DNA from: Phoronis australis
Lineage: Eukaryota > Animalia > Phoronida
NCBI GenBank assembly: GCA_002633005.1
Contig: NMRA01000698.1
Location: 62,001 to 126,000, forward strand
Direction of reading: 5' to 3'
Length of the DNA stretch: 64,000 nucleotides
Part shown: positions 27,401 through 39,229 of the stretch, in pieces
Position numbering within the stretch: position 1 is the first letter of the stretch
Layout of the letters: each line of letters opens with the position of its first letter
Translations under genes and position numbers: made by a program
The notes under the pieces: generated by a model
Told to the model about the DNA's origin: nothing
The model's database searches: none
Seen by the model: only the letters and a program-made list of their open reading frames with translations

Positions 27401-28426
27401 GATTATCGAAAAGGCTAACAACATTGAGTCGACATTGGCCTACCTACCTCTTGAAGTTTCCATGTCAGAAGGCACTGTTGAAGGAGTGCGGGAGATGAAT
27501 GCCGAAAACAATATCACGTGGCCGTATTACACTCGACTGATTCAATGCATATGGGTTAAAATTACTTACATGTATATCGTATTCTTAGCAAGCGTTCATG
27601 TCCTTAGTGTCCACTGTCTACATAGTCGTTTCGTTACTTCCCTAAAGTATGCATAATGTCGCCAAAATATCAAAGTCTTTCATGTCATTGATTGCAAGTT
27701 TGATACTGTGCCTTTTTCTAAGAAGGTATTGCTTGAAATAATTACCTCACTGAATGGCTCGCCCTGTTTTTCTTTGAGAAACTGATATTAAATTTCCACA
27801 AACGTGTCACGTACTTGCATGCTATCCATTTAATAAGGTTTTGTAGGACCCTAAAATGTCCAAATTTGGTTAACGGAGCATCCTCTCTCAAAAAGATGTG
27901 ATCGGATTCAAATGAAAGTTTCAGATACTATGCTTTAAGTACCACCCTCCAAAGTGTGAAGAATCGTTTTTAAAAATGTTCAACTTTGGCATAAGAGGTT
28001 ATAAAAAATGCAAAGATACACAAAACGAAAACTAAGTGATCTATTACAAGACTGTAGCGTTAAACATTTATAACAAATGAAATTGTATCATGTTATCAAT
28101 AATACAAAAATCAAATTATACATTGTTTTTGGTTTCCGAAAACATAAGTAAATGGGTTAGAATCTCAGTAAATTGCTAAGTAATTGACTAAAGACATAAA
28201 CTGGTCAATAAGGTCTTATACAACCTTAAAAACGAAGATAAATATGACTAGTTAGCTTTGTTTCAGATTGACAAAAGTTTGATAACCGCTGTAGCACAGA
28301 AGGAAGAGGGAGCCCTGGATAAGAGCATGTTGAAAATATGGTGCAAGTATAACACAACCACCTACAACGAAACTGTTTTGCAGGTACAGAACAGGGGATC
28401 GGCTATACCTTGAACGTTATATAATA

Positions 28427-28471
<45 letters not shown>

Positions 28472-31041
28472 TTTAATAGAAAACTTCTAAATACTTGGAT
28501 AGCAACGAAAACGTTGGACAGTTCATTTTTACTTTTGAAAACTAGATTGTTTTCACAAACAAATGCTAAGTAAATTCATAGGGAGCAATCGAAACCGCCA
28601 ACAAGATGTTAGGAATAAAATGTTTAAAGAGTCGATTTTACAGTTTATGCGCACATTTGGGATTGTAATGGGGTGGTTTAGACTTTTTAAAGTTGTTAGC
28701 TTTGGTAAGAGCTATAAAACATGTTGTGTTTTGGGGATTTTTTTACAAATTACCAATTCTCACCGTTGTTGGCCAAACATTCGCTGAAATCAAGATCGGC
28801 AACTTTACAAGTTAAAAACCCTTAAAATACCTTACCATTTATCGATTGGCGTTCAGTGCCGGCAGCAGAGTCTTGACTGCAACCGCGAAAGTTAAATGTT
28901 TGACCACACGCTGGGGCTGATCTCAGAAATGACTTTTATCGTCGTCTTATTAATCGCTTGTAGCATTACAAAAAACCGCATGTTTATTTTGAAAGTACAA
29001 ATGAGTAAATTCATAGTAGAACATGTCAACAGTAAATACAGATAAAACTGAAAATATCAGCGACCATAACAGAGAAAGTTATCATTATACTCTTGCGATA
29101 TTATTTCATAAATACTTAGATGAAATAACAGTTCTCTTGCGTTTGCATTTACAAATATGCCCTCGATGTCGTCGAACGTCGTTTATTTTTTGAAAAATGT
29201 ATTTTAGGCAGTTAACGCAACCGATCTTGGAGTGAACTCTACGGAGACGATGGCCGCCAACACGACAGAATGGATGAACGTGACTCTAGCTAAAACGAGA
29301 AAGATTCCCATTAAGCGATGTAAGTGTTCGGTATTATAATCTTTGACTTTCTTTTGTTATGTATATGAAACACGATATGATATTTATCCTTTCAAAGGAG
29401 ATAATAATCTCGATTTTTCTCATGATTATTTGCAGGCGAATATATGTTCATGAACGTAGCCGAGACGTGGGGCGATACAGTGATCGGAGCGCTCCTATTG
29501 GTGATGGCATTGGGTATCCTTTGCATATGCCTGTTTCTTATTGTCAAAGTACTCCACTCTCTTCTCAAAGGACGAATTGCTTCAGTTCTCAAGAAGGTCG
29601 TCAATGCCAACTTTCCAGGTAACACGTATCAGATGTTGACTTTTATGTGTATAACACCTAAAGATACTCATTCCTTGAAACGGATCTTGACTCAAGCGGT
29701 TTTATTCAAAACCTCATCCCAAATAATGCTCTTTCGACATGACATTGAGTTTTTTCAAAATAAAATGAATTCAATACGGATTTTTTACCTTAATTTTTAT
29801 TTTGGGGTGGTGCACCAAGAAAAGATGGATAGCGTTGTGAGTATCAATCGATATTCACATTCCCTCTGTATTTAGGTCTCATGGCGAAAAATGAATTAAT
29901 CCATTAGTGCTCATGGAATCGGTCTTCTAACATTCCTCATCGTGAATGAAACTTCATTTCTCTTAGTGTCCAATTCGCCGCTATCAGCGAATGAAAAAAA
30001 CGCTTCAAAGTTTATTGGTGTTGGCCAATCCTAGAACTAGGAATTCGAAAATGGCGCATCCCATTGCCTGAAACCTGAGTTGCCGGCTCATGCGGCAACG
30101 ATTCAGTACCACATGAGTGTGATAAAGTTTTTAAGCTCAAAACCCTTTTGGTTACTAATTCAACATTGGCAGCTAAACCCCAGCGGAAGGCCCCTTTAAT
30201 TGTAAGCATGGGATACTTCGTGGAATTTTGAAGCATGAATTTGAATGCAAATTACTTTTGATAGATGCTCAAAATACTCATCAAGTGATACGTGGAGGCT
30301 ATGTGTTAATTCATGACTAATTCTCCTTTATTCTTATTATCAGGATGCCTTTCGTGGCTGACTGGTTACGTCGCCATTTTGGTCGGAGCCGGACTTACAA
30401 TGATGATGCAGAGTAGCTCGATCTTCACCTCCGCGATAACACCGCTGGTGGGCACGGGCGTCTTGCATATCAAAAGAATGTATCCATTGACCCTTGGCGC
30501 AAACATCGGGACCACTGGCACGTCGATTTTGACGGCGTTGGCCGCCGACTCCCAAACACTTGGATACGCCATTCAGATTGCCCTCTGTCATTTGATGTTC
30601 AACGTCTTCGGTATCGTGATATGGTATCCTATCCCGGCATTGAGGAAGATTCCAATAAAATTAGCGAAAATGCTTGGAAACACAACTGCCAAATATCGAT
30701 GGTTTGCAATCTTTTATATAGTGACAATGTTTTTCCTTCTACCAGCCTTCGGATTCGGACTGTCCTTTGGCGGCATGTATGTACAGATGGGCGTTGGAAT
30801 TCCCCTGATAGCAATTTTCGTTATCATCGTTCTAATCAACATCTTCCAGAGGAAAATACCCGGATGTCTCCCGTCAAAATTGCGCACGTGGGACTTCCTG
30901 CCGATTTGGATGCATTCTTTGGAACCGTATGATCGTCTGTTATCTAAGATAACGTGCTGCAACAAATGCAAGAAGGACACTAAAGAAGCAGACGAAATGA
31001 CAAAAGACGGCGTGTTTCCTGACGGTACTACTGCCTTATGA
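12449..31041 (+). CDS. SLC34A2: Sodium-dependent phosphate cotransporter, SLC34/NaPi-II family (NaPi-IIb-like), ~647 aa
   Basis: Exons 12449-12499 (inferred first exon, less certain), 21759-21833, 23296-23416, 24618-24749, 25327-25470, 25712-25903, 26521-26639, 28267-28383, 29208-29319, 29436-29618 and 30344-31041 are all GT-AG and phase-compatible, totalling 1944 nt. Family motifs: EDDPWAL, two QSSS repeats, [41 protein letters not shown]. There is a C-terminal Cys cluster and a TAL end. The symbol marks the closest vertebrate subtype, not proven orthology. Confidence 0.95.
14433..14748 (-). mobile_element. MITE-like element (same family as 2032-2343) with 5-bp TSD and a nested CATGCGCGCA-family copy
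   Basis: Termini are CAGTGGTGGATT / GATCCGCCCCTG, with TTGTA direct repeats at 14428-14432 and 14749-14753. Confidence 0.75.
16517..17651. mobile_element. Possible non-autonomous DNA transposon remnant with TAG...CTA ends (Academ-like termini)
   Basis: The left end TAGTCATTGCTTAGC resembles the reverse complement of the right end, TAGTCCGGTCCCTTAGC. Subterminal TTGACC repeats lie at ~17485-17525. There is no clear TSD and the left boundary is uncertain. Confidence 0.3.
19502..19570 (-). ncRNA. tRNA-like cloverleaf with atypical anticodon arm, copy A (artefactual twin at 20168-20236)
   Basis: GGGGTCA TG ATGCAAGGCAGCAG G CATGTC-TTT-GACATG AGGTT CTGGG TTCAAGT CCTAG TGACCCC T has a 7-bp acceptor stem and a canonical T arm/B box. 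Confidence 0.6.
19847..20511 (+). repeat. Near-identical direct duplicate of 19178-19845 joined by an N (probable uncollapsed haplotype)
   Basis: A single N at 19846 lies exactly at the junction, and the copies differ by only scattered SNPs and indels. Confidence 0.85.
23532..23896. mobile_element. MITE with ~40-bp imperfect TIRs
   Basis: The left end CAAGGGGGAATCAACAATTGCCCGGACTTGAAAATCA matches the reverse complement of the right end, CAAGGGGCGTAAATCACCAGTTAGTCGGACTTCAAAATCA. The flanks are ACTAT/ACTAG. Confidence 0.75.
26222..26465. repeat. CT-rich low-complexity polypyrimidine tract
   Basis: Degenerate (CCCT/CTCT/CCTT)n intronic tract; it explains the Pro/Ser/Leu-rich spurious ORFs. Confidence 0.9.
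27834..28228. mobile_element. MITE-like element with short TIRs in a TAA/TTAA context
   Basis: TAAGGTTTTGTAGGACC matches the reverse complement of the right end, TAAGGTTGTATAAGACC. Confidence 0.5.
28428..28470. repeat. (ATT)n microsatellite
   Basis: About 14 perfect ATT units. Confidence 0.97.
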
Positions 31042-34000
31042 TGAAGGCAATTGATCGTTTTATTGCGAAGTCTCAATGTTCGGTTGCATTAGGCTTCAGT
31101 CTTGTGCAGAGTTTATTTGAAGTGACATTGAACACGTTCTTTCCATTAAAAATTCAAGTTTTGATTTAGACCGGTTACCGTTAAAGTAGCGGTCTTATCG
31201 TGTTCGTAACTCAGTTTAGAAGTTGTCCCGGGACTCGAACATTCCAGATAGTTAATAAATTTGAAAACGTGATGTGAAATTTTTTGAGCCTGGTCGCAAG
31301 CAATAGCGAACCAAAAATTCTTTAGAAGCTCTGAAATCACCTCAAATTTATCTAAGGAACATTTCAAGACGTCTTTAAGGTGAAATTTGTTGCTTCAATG
31401 AAATTGGTGATAACCACATTTATTGCGGGCACCTTGTAATCAAATTGTAGCTCGAGTGCTTTGACATATGTGCTGCTAGAACACAGGTCCATTCGCAACA
31501 AAATTATCCATGAAATGAAATCTGATAACGGCGCCAAGTCGTTTCGATGAATCAGTGCAGACGACTAAAGCACGCGCAACCTCAAAGCAGTTTTTAGTAT
31601 CTCTTTGGCTTCTTGATATGACAACCGCACGTGCGCGGTCGGGGTTTGACTTGAGTTTAAAAACAAATGAAAAATGGAACAGTGACATATTGTCAGTTCA
31701 ATGAGATGGTTTCATTGTGGAAAAATATTTCGTTTTTAACTTTTATAACCGATTTATGCGATCGTCCATTTTAGGCCGACTTGGGGTCTAAATTGCACAG
31801 TCTCTCGGTGAAATCAAAACGAGGCAACGCTGTAAAAACGAGACGGTGCCGGACATTGAATGCATTACAGCGGAACAAAAATTGGCGTCATTTAATTCAC
31901 AGATTAGGCGTCAAGTAAGATTTTATGAAATGTCCGTTATTTAGGGTCCGTCCGATAATTAGGTACACTATGTGTACAGACTGGTTTAATTCTTGCGATG
32001 TCGACTCGGTATATGGAAACCCGTAGAAATACCCATCAGGCAGCCATTTGTCCTTTACAGTTTTGTTTAAGTATTTTGTAACACTTGAAGTAAAAAATCC
32101 GTGTATGCAAGTCGAAATACACTGCAAGGATCACGTGGAGCTCTTCTAAAGTGAGTCTTTCTTGTGTATCATAGCGGAGTGTGTTTATATGTTGCGTCAC
32201 TGTTCATGACGATGTGGAGCAGATAAAATTCACTTACAATGAACATTTTTATAGTTCCGGTAAATTTGTATCTGTTCTATTTTAATGCAGCGACAAGCAG
32301 CTAATGTTACTTCTGTAAACCATTATTGTGCTATTCATTATTAAAGTTTTATCTTGGACAGAAGTTGATTCTCTTAATTTGAGTAGGGAGCTGGGGATTA
32401 ATTCCTTTACAAGACGTCAGTTTTTAACGAATTTAATTGTATACCTGAAATCCATGTTGGAGTCTTGGCTCTTACACAAAAAGTTACATCATTATTTTTT
32501 GTATTTCGTGTATTATTTTGGTGCCTATCCTTTTTCATATTAAGTAAGAACAAAATGAAAGAATCAAAAACTGTTTTGAGCCATTTTATCTCAAGAACCG
32601 TTATGTAAAAGCGCACAATTTTGTCTGTAAAAAAATCTATTATATCACTTCGTGCAAATGTCGCGCAAAGGTCAAATAAAATATGTGGGCATTTTGTGCA
32701 ACAAAATTGCAGATCTAAATCTTCGTTGTAATTACGTTGTCATATACTCGGTAGTTTCATATTTTGAACGCCCTCTCGAACTTTTTGCGGATTAGGCACA
32801 CATCTTGAATGACGAGAAGTCTTCGAATCGTTCGAAATATCTGCGGCGGTTTTGCAACTATTTCTAGAGGAAAATATTCGCGACGATTTTTGACACGAAT
32901 AAACATTTTTGCAACAGGAGTTTCGTGCAACTCTCGCAGTTTGTAGATTTTGAGTTCTGAGTCTAGCTCCTGTACACCGATAAATATTGAAATCAAATAG
33001 ATGTTGCAATGCCGTGCAGTTACCAACGAATAAAAATATGAAATAGTAAAACTAGTAAAACTAAAATGAAGAGCGTCGGTACTAAAATATATTAAAATGT
33101 ACCCACGTATCGAGCGATGCACTACAGACTTAAATTGCGTGCTCGGTGGGGAACGGTAGTGTTCATTTATTTGCATTGCGGCTTAATCATCAACTTCCGA
33201 AATTTGTGTCATGGCGACTTAACCCGTATGCTCACGCTGTTGACGTTTTACTGTAACCTGGGATGAAGACCTGTTGTCTGCGAAAATTTCCGTGTTTCGA
33301 AGGAAGAAAGTGGTCGTTTAAGTGCTTGCATGATCACGACAACATCGAAGTTGCGTGGCGTAAAAATAGTGTAACATTCGCCTACTTCACGGAAATGTAG
33401 ACTTAAGTGAAACACGGCTTGGTTGTGACTTTGTAGGTGACAGCGCCTCCTCAAATACTCGGGCATTCATTGGTGTATCGGTGACAGACACACACACTAT
33501 TGAAATGCGAGCCTAGATGATAAGTGTGTTTATAAATTTATAAACACTAGTGGTAGGCGACGGTTTTCAAAGACAGTTGGATTGTGCTACTTCACAACTG
33601 GTTCAAAACATTTATGAACTATAATATAGTTATCTTCTGTTCTATTCACGTTCCCTGAACAAGAATTCGCAATCCCAAAGTAATTAAATTTTTTAATAAA
33701 AAGGCCACTTGTAAAAACAGGATTCCTCCGTCTGATTCCCTGGGAGCTCCCTCAAGTACCTGTAACTGAGAATGAAAATTTTGAAAAAACGAAATTCTTT
33801 AAACTAAAGCTAGTGTTTGTCAGCTCAGCTATGGTTCACTTGAAACCGGTAGCTTGGCTTGTACCTCGTAACTTCATTTTATTATGCTTCATTTATTCCT
33901 TGCAACTACCATAAGTTCTATCTAAATTTCCAAAATGTGACCAAAATTGTGTTTCAAGGGTTAACTACCTACCCGAATTTGTCTGTAAATACTGATTTAC

Positions 34001-35313
34001 AGACGAGTTTTGGGTTGAGTTGGTAAGCTATTTTGTTGACTGTAATGCGTTGATGAGCGCTCCACATGCTCATTACCTTTTATTTTATACTCTTTAGTTT
34101 GTTAGGCGCGTCTGACTTGTACCGTATGATAGGATTTGCCAATCAAAAAAATTCAGTCTTTGTATTTATTTTCAAATTGCCACTCCCTTAGTGCTTGTAT
34201 TCTATTCGTACAAGAGAAGCGCGAAAGTGAAATTGTACAACATCGTTCGTTCCTTTTGAAAGAAGGCAATCATCTCAACGAATATTGTCGACTTTTATCT
34301 TTTGGTGCCATTGACTAAATTGACGGAGAAACAGTCCTAAAACAAGGTATATAAAAATTACTAAGTATTTTTGCGTGAGATGTGAACTGGGGCTCCAATT
34401 GCAAAAAGAAAATGACATGTGATTTCCCAAAAATTAAAAAAATGGTAGAAATTGTAATTAATATGAATAAAGTAAACTAATGAGACTATGCAATTATAGT
34501 TTGCAACGACGTCACCGTCAATATTAAAAAACGCTGTCATGGCGGGAATGATCGTGACGTTATACATACATACGCAGGATATATCATACAGAGCTATAGA
34601 AACAGAACTCTCTTGGCAGTGCTACCATTTGCATACATCCTCTCAACAATAATCGTCTACCCATTACGTAGCCAAGAATATACAAATTATTCCCGAATGT
34701 ACAGTAGTTCTCGTCACCGAGCCACTGTTTCCTGTGCTGGTTATACAATTAGGCTCAATAACAATGATAAATAACAAAACTATTCACAAAATCAACAGCA
34801 TTATTATTAATATTCATATAAACAATTACAATTTTAACAATAAACACGCGTTTTTATAAGTTATCACACGTCGCAACAGGTTTTCAAACACTTCGGATAT
34901 AAGGTGGTGCCAAGGTTAAGGTTCCGTAGACCACAGAACTAATATTGGATCCCAGTACAGACCCAAGACATTTGCAAGAAAATATTTTATGAGATCACGT
35001 GCTTATCTTGTAATACATAACGATATCTCGCAAGACTCTTGCGTCTACAAAGCCCAGCCCCGCATTGGATACCAGATTGGTTTACGCGCAGTGTGACTTT
35101 TGGTTACAACTTATTCACCGTGAAACTGTGGGTAACGCAGTAGTTGCTCGGGTGATGACTTTCTTTATGTACATAGCATAACTCATTAACCAATTTCGTA
35201 ACAAGTAAAATGAAGTAGCAAACGTAAATAAGCAGTAAACGAAAATCACTGTTCATCATGTCATATACGCCTACATGGAATAGCCTCCTGTGTGAGTTAT
35301 CAGAGACACATTN

Positions 35314-37301
35314 CGGAAATGTAGACTTAAGTGAAACACGGCTTGGTTGTGACTGTAGGTGGCAGCACCTCCTCAAATACTCAGGCATTCGTTGGTGTAT
35401 CGGTGACAGACACCTTTCATTATAGTCCTAGCAGACACACACACTTTTTAAATGCGAGCCCAGATGATAAGTGTCTTAAAAATTTATAAACACTAGTGGT
35501 AGGCGACGGTTTTCAAAGACAGTTGGATTGTGCTACTTCACAACTGGTTCAAAACATTTATGAACTATAATATCGTTATCTTCTGTTCAATTCACGTTCC
35601 CTGAACAAGAATTCGCAAACCCAAAGTAATTAATTTTTTTAATAAAAAGGCCACGTGCAAAAACATGATTCCTCCGTCTGATTCCCTAGGAGATGCCTCA
35701 AGTACCTGTAACTGAGAACTAACATTTTGAATAAACGAAATTCTATAAACTAAAGCTAGTGTTTGTCAGCTCAGCTATGGTTCACTTGAAACCGGTAGCT
35801 TAGCTGGTACCTCGTAACTTCTGCGCTGGACCTAAGGATAAGATTAGTTTTTCTTTATGATCCAGTCTTGGGAAAAGTTCATTTTATTATGGTTCATTTA
35901 TTCCTTGCAACTACCATAAGTTCTATCTAAATTTCCAAAATGTGACCAAAATTGTGTTTCAAGGGTGAACTACCTACCCGAGTTCGTCTGTAAATACTGA
36001 TTTACAGACGAGTTTTGGGTTGAGTTGGTAAGCTCTTTTGTTCGCTGTACTTAATAATGCGTTGATGAGCGCTCCACATGCTCATTACCTTTTATTCGTC
36101 TGACTTGTACCGTGTGATCTGATTTGCCAATCAAAAAAAAATCAGTCTTTGTATTTATTTTCAAATTGCCACTCCCTTAGTGCTTGTTTTCTATTCGTAC
36201 AAGAGAAGCGCGAAAGTGAAATTGTACAACATCGTTCGTTCCTTTTGAAAGAAGGCAATCATCTCAACGAATATTGTCGACTTTTATCTTTTGGTGCCAT
36301 TCACTAAATTGACGGAGAAACAGTCCTAAAACAAGGTATATAACAATTACTAAGTATTTTTGCGTGAGATGTGAACTGGGGCTCCAATTGCAAAAAGAAA
36401 ATGACATGCGATTTCCCAAAAATTAAAAAAATGGTAGAAATTGTAATTAATATGAATAAAATAAACTAAGGAGACTATGCAATTATAGTTTGCAACGACG
36501 TCACCGTCAATATTATAAAACGCTGTCATGGCGGGCATGATCGTGACGTTATACATACGTATGCAGGATATATCATACAGAGCTATAGAAACAGAGCTCT
36601 CTTGGCAGTGCTACCGTTTGCATACATCCTCTCAACACAAATCGTCTACCCATTACGTAGCCAAGAATATACAAATTATTCCCGAATGTACAGTAGTTCT
36701 CGTCACCGAGCCACTGTTTCCTGTGCTGGTTATACAATTAGGCTCAATAACAATGATAAATAACAAAACTATTCACAAAATCAACAGCATTATTATTAAT
36801 ATTCATATAAACAATTACAATTTTAACAATAAACACGCGTTTTTATAAGTTATCACACGTCGCAACAGGTTTTCAAACACTTCGGATATAAGGTGGTGCC
36901 AAGGTTAAGGTTCCGTAGACCACAGAACTAATATTGGTTCCCAGTACAGACCCAAGACATTTGCAAGAAAATATTTTATGTAATCACGTGCTTATCTTGT
37001 AATACATAACGATATCTCGCAAGACTCTTGCGTCTACAAAGCCCAGCCCCGCATTGGATACCAGATTGGTTTACGCGCAGGGTGACTTTTGGTTACAACT
37101 TATTCACCGTGAAACTGTGGGTAACGCAGTAGTTGCTCGGGTGATGACTTTCTTTATGTACATAGCATAACTCATTAACCAATTTCGTAACAAGTAAAAT
37201 GAAGTAGCAAACGTAAATAAGCAGTAAACGAAAATCACTGTTCATCATGTCATATACGCCTACATGGAATAGCCTCCTGTGTGAGTTATCAGAGACACAT
37301 T
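35314..37301 (+). repeat. Near-identical direct duplicate of 33390-35312 joined by an N (probable uncollapsed haplotype)
   Basis: A single N at 35313 lies at the junction. The copies differ by a few SNPs and small indels, such as ~60 extra bp at ~35820-35880. Confidence 0.85.
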
Positions 37302-38250
37302 GCAGCCTACCTCCCTATATGAACAGTTGAATAAAACGTTTCTTAAAAAACAAAATTTCAGAAATAGGTGCACTGGTGCAAATAGGGCCATGCACGGCAA
37401 ATCTTGTTACATACCCAAAGTTGTCTTATGTTTCAAAGGAGAGAATGAATAAAAATACAAATGAGCACAGAGAAAAGAGAAAATGTAAAATGTCATGAAA
37501 ACGTAAGAGATCTATACCCGGGTTATAAAAATTGCATAACCAATGACAGCAACGTCCGATGTTCGTCGAACAATCCATTATAAGTTCTCTGATTGTGGGA
37601 GCAAATTGTTAAAATTGTTCGGCACAATAAGATACCAAGTCAACCAAATAACCTTTATAGTGGCAAAAGCACATAGCAGAACTATTGGAAATACAATACG
37701 CATCGGCGTGGATATGTTTACCAAATGAACCAACACAAGCTTGATATGAAAATCGTAGTTAAATAGACAATGGGAAAATTTGTGCAATTGTTTCGTGAGC
37801 TTGCCCAAGAATGCACATGTTATTTGCAAAAATATTCTAGTTGCTTGGTACAATTTCAAATCAGACGTTCTGCTTCAACATCAGTGAGAATTATTGTTGG
37901 TCTTTGCTCGTTATTCGGCTGAGAGACTCGTGTTTGGTGGTTTCACGGTAAGCCTTCTGTAAGCACAGGGGAAGGATGGCCATTCGCAGTTCCCAGTCTT
38001 GTTTACTAGCTAAACCAATAGCTGCTGGAAGACATAGTTTAACTATATATTAAGTTTGTGCAGCTAGTCTACGTGAGAAATCATGCGTATAAAGCAAGGA
38101 AGTGTTTGTTCGGAGACTCGTTTTGACAATTACATGAAAAAGATGGAATTACAGATTAACATCATCCAGTGGCATATGATTTACTTAGAGCTTCTGCTTT
38201 GTAGTCAAAATAGACTCTGGATGCTGAAAGCAAACTTTCTACTTGAATGT

Positions 38251-38319
38251 AGGGGTCACTGGGACTTGAACCCAGAACCTCATGTCATAGACATGCCTGC
38301 TACCTTGCATCATGATCCC
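38251..38319 (-). ncRNA. tRNA-like cloverleaf, copy B
   Basis: Same fold as 19502-19570. The T stem CTGGG/CCCAG is perfect, the acceptor stem has one mismatch, and the central loop is TAT. Confidence 0.55.
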
Positions 38320-39229
38320 GGGTGATTGTTCTATAGTTAGTTTGCATTTCAACAGCGTTTTTGGTAGAGAGCCAATGTGCTCAAACACGAATATCAAAAT
38401 TTGGATTTAAAATTGCTGCGTCCTGGTTGTTTACCGTTTAAGTTTGATGATAGAAAAAATTAATAGGTGGTCTTCGACCACGTCTATTATATAGACTGGT
38501 TATGGTTTTCATTGATTATTGTTAAAGAAGGGAATTATACCCATTTTGATGATATTTATTATTTTTCCAAAGAAACCAGAGTTCAGCAACTTTAAGTAAC
38601 TTAACAATCACCCACCTCCTTTTATTCGAACCACGCACAGTGAAAAGGTCACGGTAAAAATCTGTCACAAAGAAGGTGTGAACGATTTTAAAGAAATTTT
38701 GTATTAGAACGTATTTTCTAAAGCTTTCAACGGGATGACTTACTTTTTTGAACGCGTTCTAGTCATAAATATAGTCAAAGCAAGTCTATATTTTTCAACT
38801 TAGTGAAATGAGAGTTAAACAGGCAAAAGACAAAATTGTCATTAGGTTCTTTTGAAGTCGAATATATAGGCTCAAAATACCTATACATAGTAAGTACAAA
38901 ACATCAAATCGATCTCAAAAGCATACAATTTCCATCAATAGTAAGGTACGTGGTAATTATTACAAAAGCAACGTGTTTCTGAGGTGACAAAACACGTGCG
39001 CAAGAAAAAAGGTATACTCTCCTGAAATCTTGCTTGGGAATGAGACGTCATGTGTACAAAGGCGCCCTCAAACCTGCATCGAGAATTAAGAAGTCAAAAA
39101 CACCAATTACACTGTTCCATGCAAGTCATGAACTTCATAAAAAATCGCGTTTCCTGCTTTTTTGATATTTCAACATTCACCGTGCGGGAAAGGTTTTCCT
39201 TACACCTTGGCCACTGACAATTTGAGTTA

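Noticed and set aside
30340-31076. Overlapping antisense and alternative-frame ORFs over the last SLC34 exon
   Set aside because: They are shadow ORFs of a real coding exon, with no independent motifs or splice structure.
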